A stretch of 64,000 bases of DNA from Magallana gigas (lineage: Eukaryota): contig NC_088858.1 of the NCBI RefSeq assembly GCF_963853765.1, positions 7,192,001 through 7,256,000 on the forward strand. Reading direction: 5' to 3'. Position 1 is the first letter of the stretch. Each line of letters starts with the position of its first letter. The notes beneath the pieces are model-generated. The model made no database searches and was not told where the DNA came from. It saw only the letters and a list, made by a program, of their open reading frames with translations. Both the position numbers and the translations under genes were made by a program. This document shows positions 53,701 to 64,000 of the stretch, in pieces.

Positions 53701-56177
53701 ATTTAACAGTTCAAACTCGCACCAATTTACGTCTTAGACATTCAATTTACATGTACTGTTTTTATATCCATAATATTTCAATCATATTTTCAGCACCCCA
53801 CATGTAATATTTTTGTTCTTATCTTTTTTCACTAATGCATGTATGTACATTTAAAAAAAATCAGACTGAGTGTAATAATATGATCTGACAATAATTTCTT
53901 GATCATGATAATCAACATACTTCAGATTGCAGCTTTCATTGCTGAGAAGTGACTGTGCATGTATGGTCTGTGTTTCTTTTGTTTTGTTGTTTCTGTGTTT
54001 CTTTGGAGACCTTGGATCCAAAAAAGGGGAAAATATACAGTATATCATGAATATACCCGGTACATAATATCTGTGTATTACTCATCTGTAACAGCAACAC
54101 AAAACTAAGCATTTGATAAAAGAATTTAATTTACAAAAATAGATACTCACATAAATAGTAAACCATACCCCCCCAAAATAATAATCTACCAGTATATTGT
54201 ATTTAGATTATATTTCTATACTTTGCACCTCTAAATAAAATTATAAATTTGTATATCTATAACCATGGTGTTGCATGAATATTTCTTACTTACACTACTC
54301 TGTACTTTTGAAACTCATATTTTTAAATCAAGTTTAAGAAATTGACAAATCAAGATGCCAAGCTGGTTCTCCTCACCAACCAGCTATTGGTGTTAGCACA
54401 CTTACCTGCTCATGTGTGTGGAAACTTTTGTAGGGGTGATACTGAAACTGCACATAATGGAGTTTTCTGAAGTCAAGATAAATGATACAATCAATACTAC
54501 AATAATAAAGTAGTTGACATTTCAGTCACTATGTCAAACACATAAATACGAGAAAACATTGTGCGTTAATGCTTGCTGTAAGGTTGTACATGTTCTTGTA
54601 GCTTGAATGAAGCTATTACCGGTAAGAAAAATAATGCCTAAATCTCCTTTGGAATATAAACTGATCAAAATCTGCATGTTTGAGACCCATGGACTTTGAG
54701 TAATGAGTATATAAGATATGAGCATATTCTTATTTCACGCCCCTGAAGGTTTTAATTATTCTGTGATTTTAACTTTTTAATCTCAATATTTAACCAGAAC
54801 TGCTAAAATTGAAAATCATACCACTTGACATAAGATGACATTTGGTACAAGATGGGCCTGCATTTGCTGCGCTTAACTTGGGCTGCTGTTGTTTCACCTG
54901 TTGCTGCTTGAGGTGGTACTCTAAGACTGAGGTATAGGAGATGAGGCCCATCAGTGAGGGTGATCCCTTGGTTCCAGGGGGGCCCGCCTCCTTCAGTGAG
55001 AGCAGTGAGGAGAAGACATTGACAACACATTGTCTGTTGGTTTGAACTAAGGTATCAACCGGAATCAGACTTCCATGCAGCTTATGAATGGCAGTCTCCA
55101 CTAATTGTATGCTTTCAGGAACCACATCTAGCTGTAAATAAAATTGAAAATGATCTTGGATATATCAGACCTGAATTTATAAAGAACATTTATCATGACA
55201 GAAATTTACAGTGTTTTTATTATTCATACATTATACTGCAAGTCGTTATAACTCAACAGTGATTTATAATGATTTCTCTAGAAGTACCAATTGCAATGGT
55301 CTTAATTTCAATCTGCAAGAAATGGTGCAATGATCACAAGATTTGAAAACTGAAATGTTTTTAAAGACCAACGATAATATTCACGATAGGTTTAATTTCA
55401 TGGTAAAATGATAAATTGTGAACTTAGTGAAATTAAAACCATCGTCATTATTTGCAAATCTACAGTATTCATTTTACTTACACATGATATGTCAGTGTCT
55501 ATCCAATACAATTTTATATTGTGTAAAAGTTTGTTTATCAAGTCAGGCGGCATGAAGGAATCTAAAAAGATCTCATCGTCCAGGACAACTTTTCCTGAAA
55601 ATTGTCTCAACTCATGGGGATTTTTTGGGCTATTTATGAACAGAAACACTATATTTTCAGTTTTTCGAGTTTGCTCATTTTTGTTGTTTTTTCTTCTGCT
55701 CTTCACAGGTGAAAAAATATCGGGATCCTCCCATTGATAATCCAAAGCAATTTCATTGAGCACCTTGTTCAATACTTGAGCAGGATATTGTTTTCCCAAT
55801 GAATTGCCTTTTGAATCAACATGTTGACTATATTCTTCTATCGCTGTTTCTATATTCCTCTCTACTGTGTTTTCAAACTCCTCAAAATACCGATTTTTGA
55901 ATTCTTTGAAAGGTTTGACCTGTCTCATCAGTTTGTAATGTGACGAGTTGTATATTTTGTAACTCCATTGCAAATGGGGGGTTTTGTTACTTCGTTTTGA
56001 AACCTTTTTATTCAAAACCTTTTCACTCACAGCAGTCAGAATACGAAAGGCTGACAGAGATATTCTGTTGGCTAAAAGAGATATTCTGTTGGCTAAAACT
56101 TTCACGTCGTGATCACATTTGCCTTGGTTTACGTCAACCAGAAAGAGAATCTTAAATTTATCAAATGTTTCGGACAT
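44720..56177 (-). CDS. TICRR: Treslin / TopBP1-interacting replication initiation factor, 19 exons, 1585 aa
   Basis: Exons 56177-55482, 55131-54822, 54466-54406, 54010-53921, 53652-53496, 53193-52971, 52647-52554, 52187-52066, 50657-50466, 50274-50123, 49790-49690, 49027-48934, 48613-48531, 48328-48095, 47795-47714, 47422-47383, 47214-47086, 46935-46768, 46449-44720; total 4758 nt in frame. N-term ILFLVDVN..LQWSYKIYNS..FKEF..FEEFE, middle LQLQTVLRFE and YIHTLPQTLGNVY, CDK sites VAETPSHKQ..VVEESP (equivalent to human T969/S1001), S/T-P-rich tail. Confidence 0.93.
49137..49625 (+). mobile_element. Helentron HINE with two ~166-bp internal units
   Basis: Same 5' end as the 60369 element (aacaagatatctgtgagccaatgctcactagtgatacccc); GACA/GACG microsatellite; 3' hairpin tacccccggagcttcggagctggggtata. 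Confidence 0.8.
50873..51453. mobile_element. Non-autonomous DNA transposon
   Basis: TIRs aaaggactatgtgcggtat / ataccgcacacagtccttt; a related degenerate copy lies near 42215-42600. Confidence 0.7.
51640..51960 (-). repeat. Degenerate inverted copy of the 31-bp minisatellite
   Basis: tgtgaagttatattagtgcaacaacatg (~51736) matches the reverse complement of the array unit at 26/28. Confidence 0.55.
52291..52467. mobile_element. MITE with CAGT-starting TIRs and TA ends (pogo/Tigger-like)
   Basis: tacagtaaaac / gttttactgta. Confidence 0.75.
52622..52785. repeat. 83-bp tandem duplication spanning the TICRR exon 7 acceptor
   Basis: Two near-identical copies differing by one A. Confidence 0.9.
56056..56097. 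repeat. 21-bp in-frame tandem duplication in TICRR exon 1
   Basis: agagatattctgttggctaaa x2, giving LANRISL LANRISL. Confidence 0.9.
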
Positions 56178-56181
56178 CTTT

Positions 56182-56289
56182 TTAGATAAAAGCTACCCAG
56201 ATATATAAAATTCTCTTTTGCCGTCGACCAACTGGACATTCTTGTTCTTGTTGTGGTGCTTTGACAAATGTTGAAATTGCCGCCGCCAT
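56182..56289 (-). other. Candidate upstream ORF (35 aa) in the TICRR 5' leader
   Basis: aatATGGCGGCG start at 56289; TAA at 56184-56182, 4 nt before the TICRR ATG; different frame from the main ORF. Confidence 0.45.
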
Positions 56290-56310
56290 ATTTTTTGACT
56301 TCCGGTTAGA
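56278..56310 (-). promoter_or_regulatory. TICRR core promoter region with YY1-like (GCCGCCAT) and ETS-like (CTTCCGG) motifs
   Basis: CpG-richer patch gccgccgccatattttttgacttccggtt about 110-130 nt upstream of the ATG. Motif match only. Confidence 0.45.
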
Positions 56311-56667
56311 TATTCGTACGTGGATTATTCGACTTTCGTTTATATTTCCGTAAAACTTTTTCCAGGCATCCATTGCGACTTGTTTTTTTCAGGAGACCGA
56401 AAAATGATTCATTTTGAAATTATGTTTGCATTTTCTTTAAAGATCACATATGATCTTTTCTTTTTTCTTAAAAAAAAGTTTCTAAATATATATTTTTTTG
56501 AAAATAGAGACCACCTTTGTAGAATATTTAAAATTAGCTTGCTACCATTGTATTTTCAAATTATAGCCTTCATATCATTCACTAAAATTTTTTTCCAATG
56601 CTGTTTCACTTGCACAACTTTATGAAACACACCATCACACTAGAGTGACCTTACTCAACAAGCCTTG

Positions 56668-57645
56668 CACTGACAGAACTTCATATAGCATGTCGTCGCA
56701 CTAACAGAACTTCACATAGCATGTCGTCGCACTAACAGAACATCACATAGCATGTCGTCGCACTAACAGAACTTCCCATAGCATGTCGCAGCACTAACAG
56801 AACTTCACAAAGCATGTCGCCACACTAAAAGAACTTCACATAACATGTCGCCACACTAAAAGAACTTCACATAACATGTCGTTACACTAACAGAACTTCA
56901 CATAGTATGTCGTTGACTAACAGAACTTCACATAGCATGTTGTTGCACTAACAGAACTTCACATAACATGTCGTTGCACTAAAAGAACTTCACATAGCAT
57001 GATGTAGCACTAACAGAACTTCATAAAGCATGTCTTTTCACTAACAAAACATCACACAACATGTTGCACTACCAGAACTTCACATAGCATGTTGTCGCAC
57101 TAAAATTACTTCACATAGCATGTCGTCGCACAAACAGAACTTCACATTATATATATATATATATGCCCGTACGATTTCTCGGGGTCTCAATTTCAACAGT
57201 TAATACCCTCCCAAACAGGCTCTATTTATTTTATTATACTGAAGGTCTTATTTTTAAAGAAAATTTTACTGCTTACATATAGAAATGAAGTTAATTCTAC
57301 GGCGAATCATACTTGCATAATTTACTCACATGTAACAATTCGTTGTGTTACCCGTTGCCAAGTGTGTTGCTAATGCTGAGGATAATAGAACGGATTACCA
57401 ACTGCGTCTAAACCAATGAGATTTCAGTATTTAACATGAAAGTATAATAAAACATGTTGCCGCACAAACAGAACTTCACATAGCATGTCTTGCACTAACA
57501 GAACTTCACATAGCATGTTGACGCACTAACAGAACTTCATATGGCATGTTGTCGCACTTACAAAACTTCACAAAACATGTTGCACTACCAGAACTTCACA
57601 TAACACGTCGTCGCACTAACAGAACTTCACATAGCATGTCGTTTT
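56668..57645. repeat. 31-bp minisatellite (cactaacagaacttcacatagcatgtcgtcg), ~21-22 copies, interrupted
   Basis: Period 31 verified at 56668/56699/56730/56761; insertion at 57148-57452. Confidence 0.9.
57148..57452. mobile_element. (TA)n-led ~300-bp insertion inside the minisatellite
   Basis: Starts with a (TA)n run, contains CCAAT and gttgccaag, ends aaagtataataa; unrelated to the flanking units. Confidence 0.7.
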
Positions 57646-58369
57646 CAAATAAGAAAAATACACACATTACTGATTTATTTTCATCAAATTACAGGCATGC
57701 TAGTACATGCATGGTTACCGGTGTATTACTTCATTGCAGAAACAGTCGTAATTCAGTCATCATACCGATACATAACTTATTCATAACAAACATACCAAAA
57801 TCTTAAAATAGTTGCTAGAATACAGCATCCCTAGATTGTTATCACAGAAAACAACACTGTCTTTCAAATCTTACATACTCATTTATATTCAGTCATACAT
57901 GTATTATAATTTACATACAATAACTAAAAATGTAGTTTAGGACTGAAACAAGCTTATCATACGGTATATCCCAGTCTTTAACAAGTGTGCATTGGATCAA
58001 CAAACAAAAGTAAAGGGATATGCCCAAGATATTTTTGCATTTTTGAATGAAGATTTCATAATAAGTCAGCCACACTGTTTATTCAATATGTTTACAAAAC
58101 TCCCTCATATACTGTCATTAAATATCACACCTTACAGATATATAACATCCCCTCAGGGCAGTAGTTAATGAGGGGACGTTCTCCAGAGAATTAACACATT
58201 GTAAGCAGAGTTACCAGTGTCGCACCTACAGTCACACGGACAGGAAGGGCCCTGGTCTGGCATCTCTTATCTCCCTTTGAATTGTTCATGGAGAGAAATT
58301 TTGTCATGTTTGGCACCAATCTTATCTGCAGATGTGTTAAAACGCTCTATTTAAAGTTTTTTAAAACTC

Positions 58370-61300
58370 CTAGATGATGACGTTCGTTTTCATGGCACTG
58401 AATTCCAACAGTTTCCAGGCGGCCTTGGGGTCCAGTTCTTCCTGGTCTCGACATAGAGCCCATGTGTAGGTCATCTTCACAATCTCCTCCTGGAAAACAT
58501 AAGTCATACAATGTATTGTTGATCCGTAACAGCCTCTGCAATCAGTTCCAATGACTGTGAAATCATTTTAATTTGTAGGAGCCAATTTTTGGATTGCTAG
58601 TTTTTTAAAATATTTGTTGGGATGTAAATTCATGGAATTGTTTCTATGTACAATGAATAAAGACTGTGTTTCATTATTTAATAGAGATGTTAATTTCTTT
58701 GTAAAGGATATTCATGAAAATTAAGCTTCATTCCTTAGAGTACACTTACGAAAAGATTTTGTCAATAATCAAGTCATTCCAGTTCTCCTATTTAAGTAAG
58801 TAATTTACTCTGATTAATGCTTATGTTTTGCATTAATGCGAGTACTGAGTATACACAGACACTTACTGGGTTACCAACGACCACTTCCTGTTTAAAATCC
58901 CGCCAGCATTCAATCTGATGGGCATGGAATTGTATAAGTAATACTGGTCCCTGTTCCATAACCTGACCTCCAAGAACCTAAACAACATGAGAACACAATA
59001 ATCAAGTATTGCCTAACCACTGTAGGATTTATCTAAATTATTTGATTTACAGGCATGTTGGAATAATATGTAAACAGATCAAAGGAATTGAAGAGTGATG
59101 GACTGCCATGCTACTACAGTAAAAGCAGAAATATTTATTTTTATTCAGTTGATAACATTCATCAATGTCAATGTATAATATAATTTTTAAATAAAAAATC
59201 TGCAAATCCATATTAATAAAAATAAAGTATTCATTTAAAATATTTCTGTTACTGCAGTATGTATGTAGACTGTGGTACTTACATCCACCCGGCCAATGTC
59301 AATAATCTGTGAGCATGGTTTGTATCTGGCCTCTATATAAGGCTTAAGTATAGAAGACGTCACATTGTAGGCCTGAAAAAAGATATTGCACTCTGGAGCA
59401 AAGTTAAGGTAGTTATCCAAATCTCAAAACTATGTTTTAGATAAATACTATGACTTACAGATTCGTGCATCCAGTCTTTTAAAACTTCTAAATCAGCTCT
59501 AATCATGGCCTTCAATAGAGGAAAAAACAAGGATATTCAAATAAATGGAAAGCAAAATATAATTCTTTAAAGGGGCATGGTCACAATTATAGTCAAAAAT
59601 TAATTTTCCGTTTTTAATGTTTCAGTGTGGCGTTTGTAATTATGGTCAACCAAAATGTGAGTGCCAGTCGCCCTGTTATAAGCAAGATATAGAGCTCACT
59701 ATTCTTTGTCATGTAAACAAAGTTTTGTTTACGTTTTGAATGTTGATGTGAAAATTTCAGCTTTAGACCCAAAATGAATATGATAAATGCTAGAAGGTAT
59801 TTATTTATGCTTAAGATAAACTAGAACAGACAGAAATTAGCTTAAAAAAGAACTTTTGCCAATATATTGAACCAATAAAAACAAAAACAAGGCATGAGCT
59901 ATGTTTACATGACAAAGAATTGCGAGCTCTGTATCTTGCTTATAACTCTACGACTGACACTCAAACTTTGGTTGATCGTTAGAAATGCATTTCTAAAGCA
60001 TTATAAACACTAAAAAAAGAAAAATTAAATTTGTCCAAAATCATGACCATGTCCCTTTAAGGCATTAAATTCAATTTCTTACACATTAAAGCATAAAATG
60101 GGGCAATCCATGCTTTAAAGACTGAAAAGCTTATAACGTGTTGTGTACATGTAGTGCTAACTTTAATGAATATAATGTCAAGCAAATTGAAATGTTACAG
60201 TTACAATATATAATTTATAAACAAATTTGAAATCCAGCAATAAACTAGAACTGTCCTAATGGGACTAATACCCCCGCAAGGCTAATTTCAAATGGGACAA
60301 ATAATTAAATTGAATAATAAAGGTTTGGAACACATACAAAAAAAAAATAAAAATTCTAGAATTGTAAAAAAACAAGATATCTGTGAGCCAATGCTCACTA
60401 GTGATACCCCCGCTCTGATGTGAATATGCAAAATAAGCAAAGTCGACATTTAACAGAAAGCTGGCATCTGATTGGTACAGAAATATATCCCACAATATGG
60501 CATGCCTAAACAAATAGTGTGTTAAAATTTCAAGCATCTGCGATAAACAGCTGCTGAGAAATCTTTGACGGAAATTTGTTTGAAAATTTTGGCTAAAATA
60601 AACAAAGAACTCATTTAACAAGAAGATGACCTCCGATTGGTACAAAAATATATCCCACGATATGACATGCCTTAACAAACACTGTGTAAAAATTTCAAGC
60701 ATCTCCGATAAATAGCTGCTGAGAAATCTTTGACGAAAATTTGTTTGAAAATTTTGGCAAAAAAAAAACAAAGTCATTATCTAACAGGAAGTTGACGTCC
60801 GATTGATACAAAAATATATCCCAAAATATGGCATGCCAAAACAAATAGTGTGTTAAAATTTCAAGCATCTGCGATAAATAGCTGCTGAGAAATCTTTGAC
60901 AAAAATTTGTTTGAAAATTTTTGCTAAAAATAAACAAAGTCGTCATTTAACACCCGATTGGTACAGAAATATATCCCACGATATGGCATGCCTTAACAAA
61001 CACTGTGTTAAAATTTCAAGCATCTGCGATAAATAGTTGCTGAGAAATCTTTGACGAAAATTTGTTTGAAAATTTTGGTTAAAAAATAAGCAAAGTCGTC
61101 ATTTGACAGGAAGTTGACGTCCGATTGATACAAATATATATCCCACAATATGGCATGCCAAAACAAATAGTGTGTTAAAATTTCAAGCATTTGCGATAGA
61201 TAGTTGCTGAGAATTCTTTGACGGAAATTTGTTTTAAAATTCTGGCAAAAAATAAACAAAGTCGTCATTTAACAGGAAGTTGACGTCTGATTGGTACAAA

Positions 61301-63480
61301 AATATATCCCAAGATATGGCATGCCTATACAAATACTGTGTGAAAATTTCAAGCATCTGTGATAAACAGTTGCTGAGAATTCTTTGACGGAAATTTGTTT
61401 GAAAATTTTGGTTAAAAAATAAGCAAAGTCGCCATTTAACAGGAAGTTTATGTCCGATTGGTACAAAAATATATCCCACGATATGGCATGCCTTAACAAA
61501 CACTGTGTTAAAATTTCAAGCATCTGCGATAAATAGTTGCTGAGATAAATGCGACAGAAATTTTTGTTACGGACGGACAGACAGATAGAGAGACGGACGG
61601 ACAGACAGACACACAAGGGTAAAACAGTATACCCCCTCTCCTTCGGAGCGGGGGTATAAAAAAAAATTTAGTTAACAAAGAAAAATTAAAATCAAAATTG
61701 TCAGAATTTCACTGTAAATACATATCTATAACAGTAATACATTTACAAATGTATGATTTTAAAATTTTCCTCACTTTCTCCTATGGCACAATGGAACTCC
61801 ATATCAGAAAATTGACCCATAGGACTATGATTTTCTTTGATGAGCTTGTTAAATTTAATAAACTCCCAAAACATTACCATAATTACCATACTATGTAAAA
61901 ATATGTAAAAAAGAAAATTAAATATTACAAACAATTTTAAAATTGCCAAAACACTACAATCATATCAGTAATTTTGAATTTCATTTAAATTAATGCCCAA
62001 TAGGGTCACTTCATCAATTTACTTGACAAATAAATTAAAACAACCTCTAAAAATAGTTTAACTTCTTTATTAATAATGATATTATTTATTTCCTTATAAT
62101 GATAGAACTTTTGGTTTACATGAAACAGTTTTAAAATAGCCCCAAAACCATCACCCATTTTACAGATTATCAATTTGCCCTAAACACATGCTCCATCTGA
62201 ACCATGGCTCAGATAATGGCTCCCTTGGGACAAATGAATTCAGCCACACTTGTCTTTGATGTTCTTATTAGCTCCTAAGAATTTATCATTGACAAACACA
62301 AACTTTGCATTGTCAGTTGATAGAATACTTATAAAAAATAATTTTTTTATTAATCAAGACATAAAGACAAAAAACCTCCATCTGGATGTATTTATATAAA
62401 TATATTTTAGAGTGTTTTAATACTATTAATGATTTTAATAAAATCTGTAAGGATTACCTCCCTTACTTTTCAACATATAGAATAAGGAAAATGAAAACTG
62501 TCATAAAATCATGTCTGATCTTAAAAAAAATTGCAGGTGCACATCTTCAGATGGTGTTCAACATATGTACAAATTTTCAAACTGTTCCATGCAGTAATAA
62601 AAAATTCTATAGGGGGGACAAAGTTGCGTCTACAGACAGACGGACAGAACGACAGACGGACAGGGTGAAACCAATATACCCCCTAAACTTCATTTGCGGG
62701 GGTATAATAATTTAATAACACGACTGGAAAATTTCACTACATGTAATCATTGGTAGTAAAGCACCATGATAATACCTCTAGTATGTTCGGTACAACAACG
62801 TTTTCACAAAATGCTGCGAATCCTTCCGGTGTAAATGATGGGTCGTATTTGTTGATTTCTGTCAGGGTTTCACTCAGAGTAGATGGTGTTAATACAGTAC
62901 CTACAACAAAAGAACTTTCTTAAAGTTTGCAAGTCACAATCAAGTATTCCTAATACAGTAAAACTCGGTTATAGCGAAATCCTAGGGACCAACGGATTGA
63001 CTTCGCTATATCTGTATTTCGATATATTCCTATAACGAATTCGTAATAATAAATACATGTATAGCGAATTCACTATATACATGTTTTTTTTTTTACCAGA
63101 CTACAATATTTGCTAATTGAGGCTTAGAATGAAAATAAATTTTTTTTATACCTGTAATAATCAGATTGTGAATTGAAAAATCTATGTGAAAATAAATTCA
63201 TTCAAATTATTATGTTAAAAGGTAGTGCAAATTTTTTAAACTCTAAAGAAATCTGTTATAAGTTTTACTGTATTTACATGTCTGATTATCTTATCTAAAG
63301 CTTGATCTATAAGCACATATGTCTTACCTTTAGCTTGTATGTCTAACCTAGAGATTGTATGTCTCACCTAGAGTTTGTATGTCTTACCTAGAGCTTTTCC
63401 TATTAAATCTGTGAGTGCCCGGGTGACTCTGATGGCAGGATTGTCACTCTCATCATACTTCATCTTTAACTCAAACATTT
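58370..63480 (-). CDS. TIMM44: Mitochondrial import inner membrane translocase subunit TIM44, 3' part (5' exons lie beyond the window)
   Basis: Exons 63480-63388 (MFELKMKYDESDNPAIRVTRALTD), 62900-62776, 59509-59459 (AMIRADLEVLKDW), 59372-59283, 58977-58867 (MEQGPVLLIQF), 58489-58370 (YTWALCRDQEELDPKAAWKLLE..stop); phases consistent. Confidence 0.95.
59568..60060. mobile_element. MITE with ttaaagggg ends and internal inverted repeats
   Basis: ttaaaggggcatggtca / tgaccatgtccctttaa; inner agcaagat..gagctc / gagctctgtatcttgct. Confidence 0.75.
60243..62710 (+). mobile_element. Outer Helentron HINE hosting a nested HINE
   Basis: 5' sub-TIR atacccccgcaa (~60267) pairs with 3' ttgcgggggtat (~62694); GACA/GACG microsatellite at 62632-62662. 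Confidence 0.7.
60369..61662 (+). mobile_element. Inner Helentron HINE with ~7 tandem ~166-bp satellite-like units
   Basis: Sub-TIRs atacccccgctc / gagcgggggtat; unit marker tatatccc at 60484, 60649, 60815, 60970, 61137, 61303, 61470; microsatellite at 61569-61612. Confidence 0.85.
62954..63271. mobile_element. MITE of the tacagtaaaac family
   Basis: tacagtaaaac / gttttactgta. Confidence 0.65.
63318..63394. repeat. 20-bp x4 tandem repeat built from the TIMM44 donor site
   Basis: tatgtcttacct(a/t)... units at 63318, 63338, 63358, 63378. Confidence 0.85.
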
Positions 63481-64000
63481 CTGTCAAAATAAAGATTAAA
63501 AACCATATAAGACCTACTACACAATTAAAATCAGAGAAAAGAAGAAAATCCATTAAAAATCTGTTAAAATACGTTATTGAAATTGGGTTGAATATACATG
63601 TACATGTGTGCACACACACACATACATGTGTATGATAAAACTTTTTAAGTATCGCACCTGTTTTAAGAGGCCACTTGTGGGGAAATGAGAAACTGACCAC
63701 TTAAGACAGGTGGCCTCTTATTCCAGGTTTCAAATCAATGAAGAAAAAATTCAGAGTATATTTATTTTCAAACATAATATCTACTCAGTACACTTTCACA
63801 AATTAAGAAGTTATAAGTCACATGAAATCCTTTTTATTTTACAGATTACAGTCTTATTATTTACTTTGGTTTTTTGTGTTGAAGTGATATCTCATTAAAG
63901 CATAGTAGAATTCAAATTACACACACAAATATTTTGACAAATGACACTGACAGAATGGCCATTAAAAACAGGCATGTTGAAAGCACAGGAACTTAAAACA

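Noticed and set aside
56668-57645. 31-bp periodic array resembling a CRISPR array
   Set aside because: Units are contiguous with no unique spacers, there are no cas genes, and the context is eukaryotic; it is a minisatellite.
58147-58180. 8-bp stem-loop in the TIMM44 3' UTR region as a SECIS or other element
   Set aside because: No AUGA/GA core, and TIMM44 ends in TAG; a short stem is expected by chance.

Overview
AT-rich (roughly two-thirds A+T by eye) eukaryotic DNA with spliced GT-AG genes and dense non-autonomous transposons. The repeat types (Helentron/HINE elements with GACA/GACG microsatellites and ~166-bp internal repeats, MITEs) point to a bivalve, most likely an oyster; that assignment is inferred. 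Six protein-coding loci were rebuilt by hand with splice phases checked: (1) SLC27/FATP-family acyl-CoA synthetase (+, 10 exons, 627 aa); (2) DAZAP1 (-, 13 exons, 546 aa, ends YHPYRR); (3) a divergently transcribed CCDC122-like coiled-coil gene (+) with a phase inconsistency; (4) an unrecognised ~310-aa gene (-) with two candidate first exons and a C-terminal CxCxxC motif; (5) TICRR/Treslin (-, 19 exons, 1585 aa); (6) the 3' half of TIMM44 (-). No rRNA, tRNA or CRISPR array was seen. The most notable observations are short tandem duplications that copy splice sites in three genes, about 10-fold enrichment of the palindrome TACATGTA, a uORF ending 4 nt before the Treslin AUG, a candidate poison exon in DAZAP1, and nested Helentrons carrying an A/B higher-order ~166-bp repeat. 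No clearly new multi-gene system is evident; the findings are hypotheses to test.
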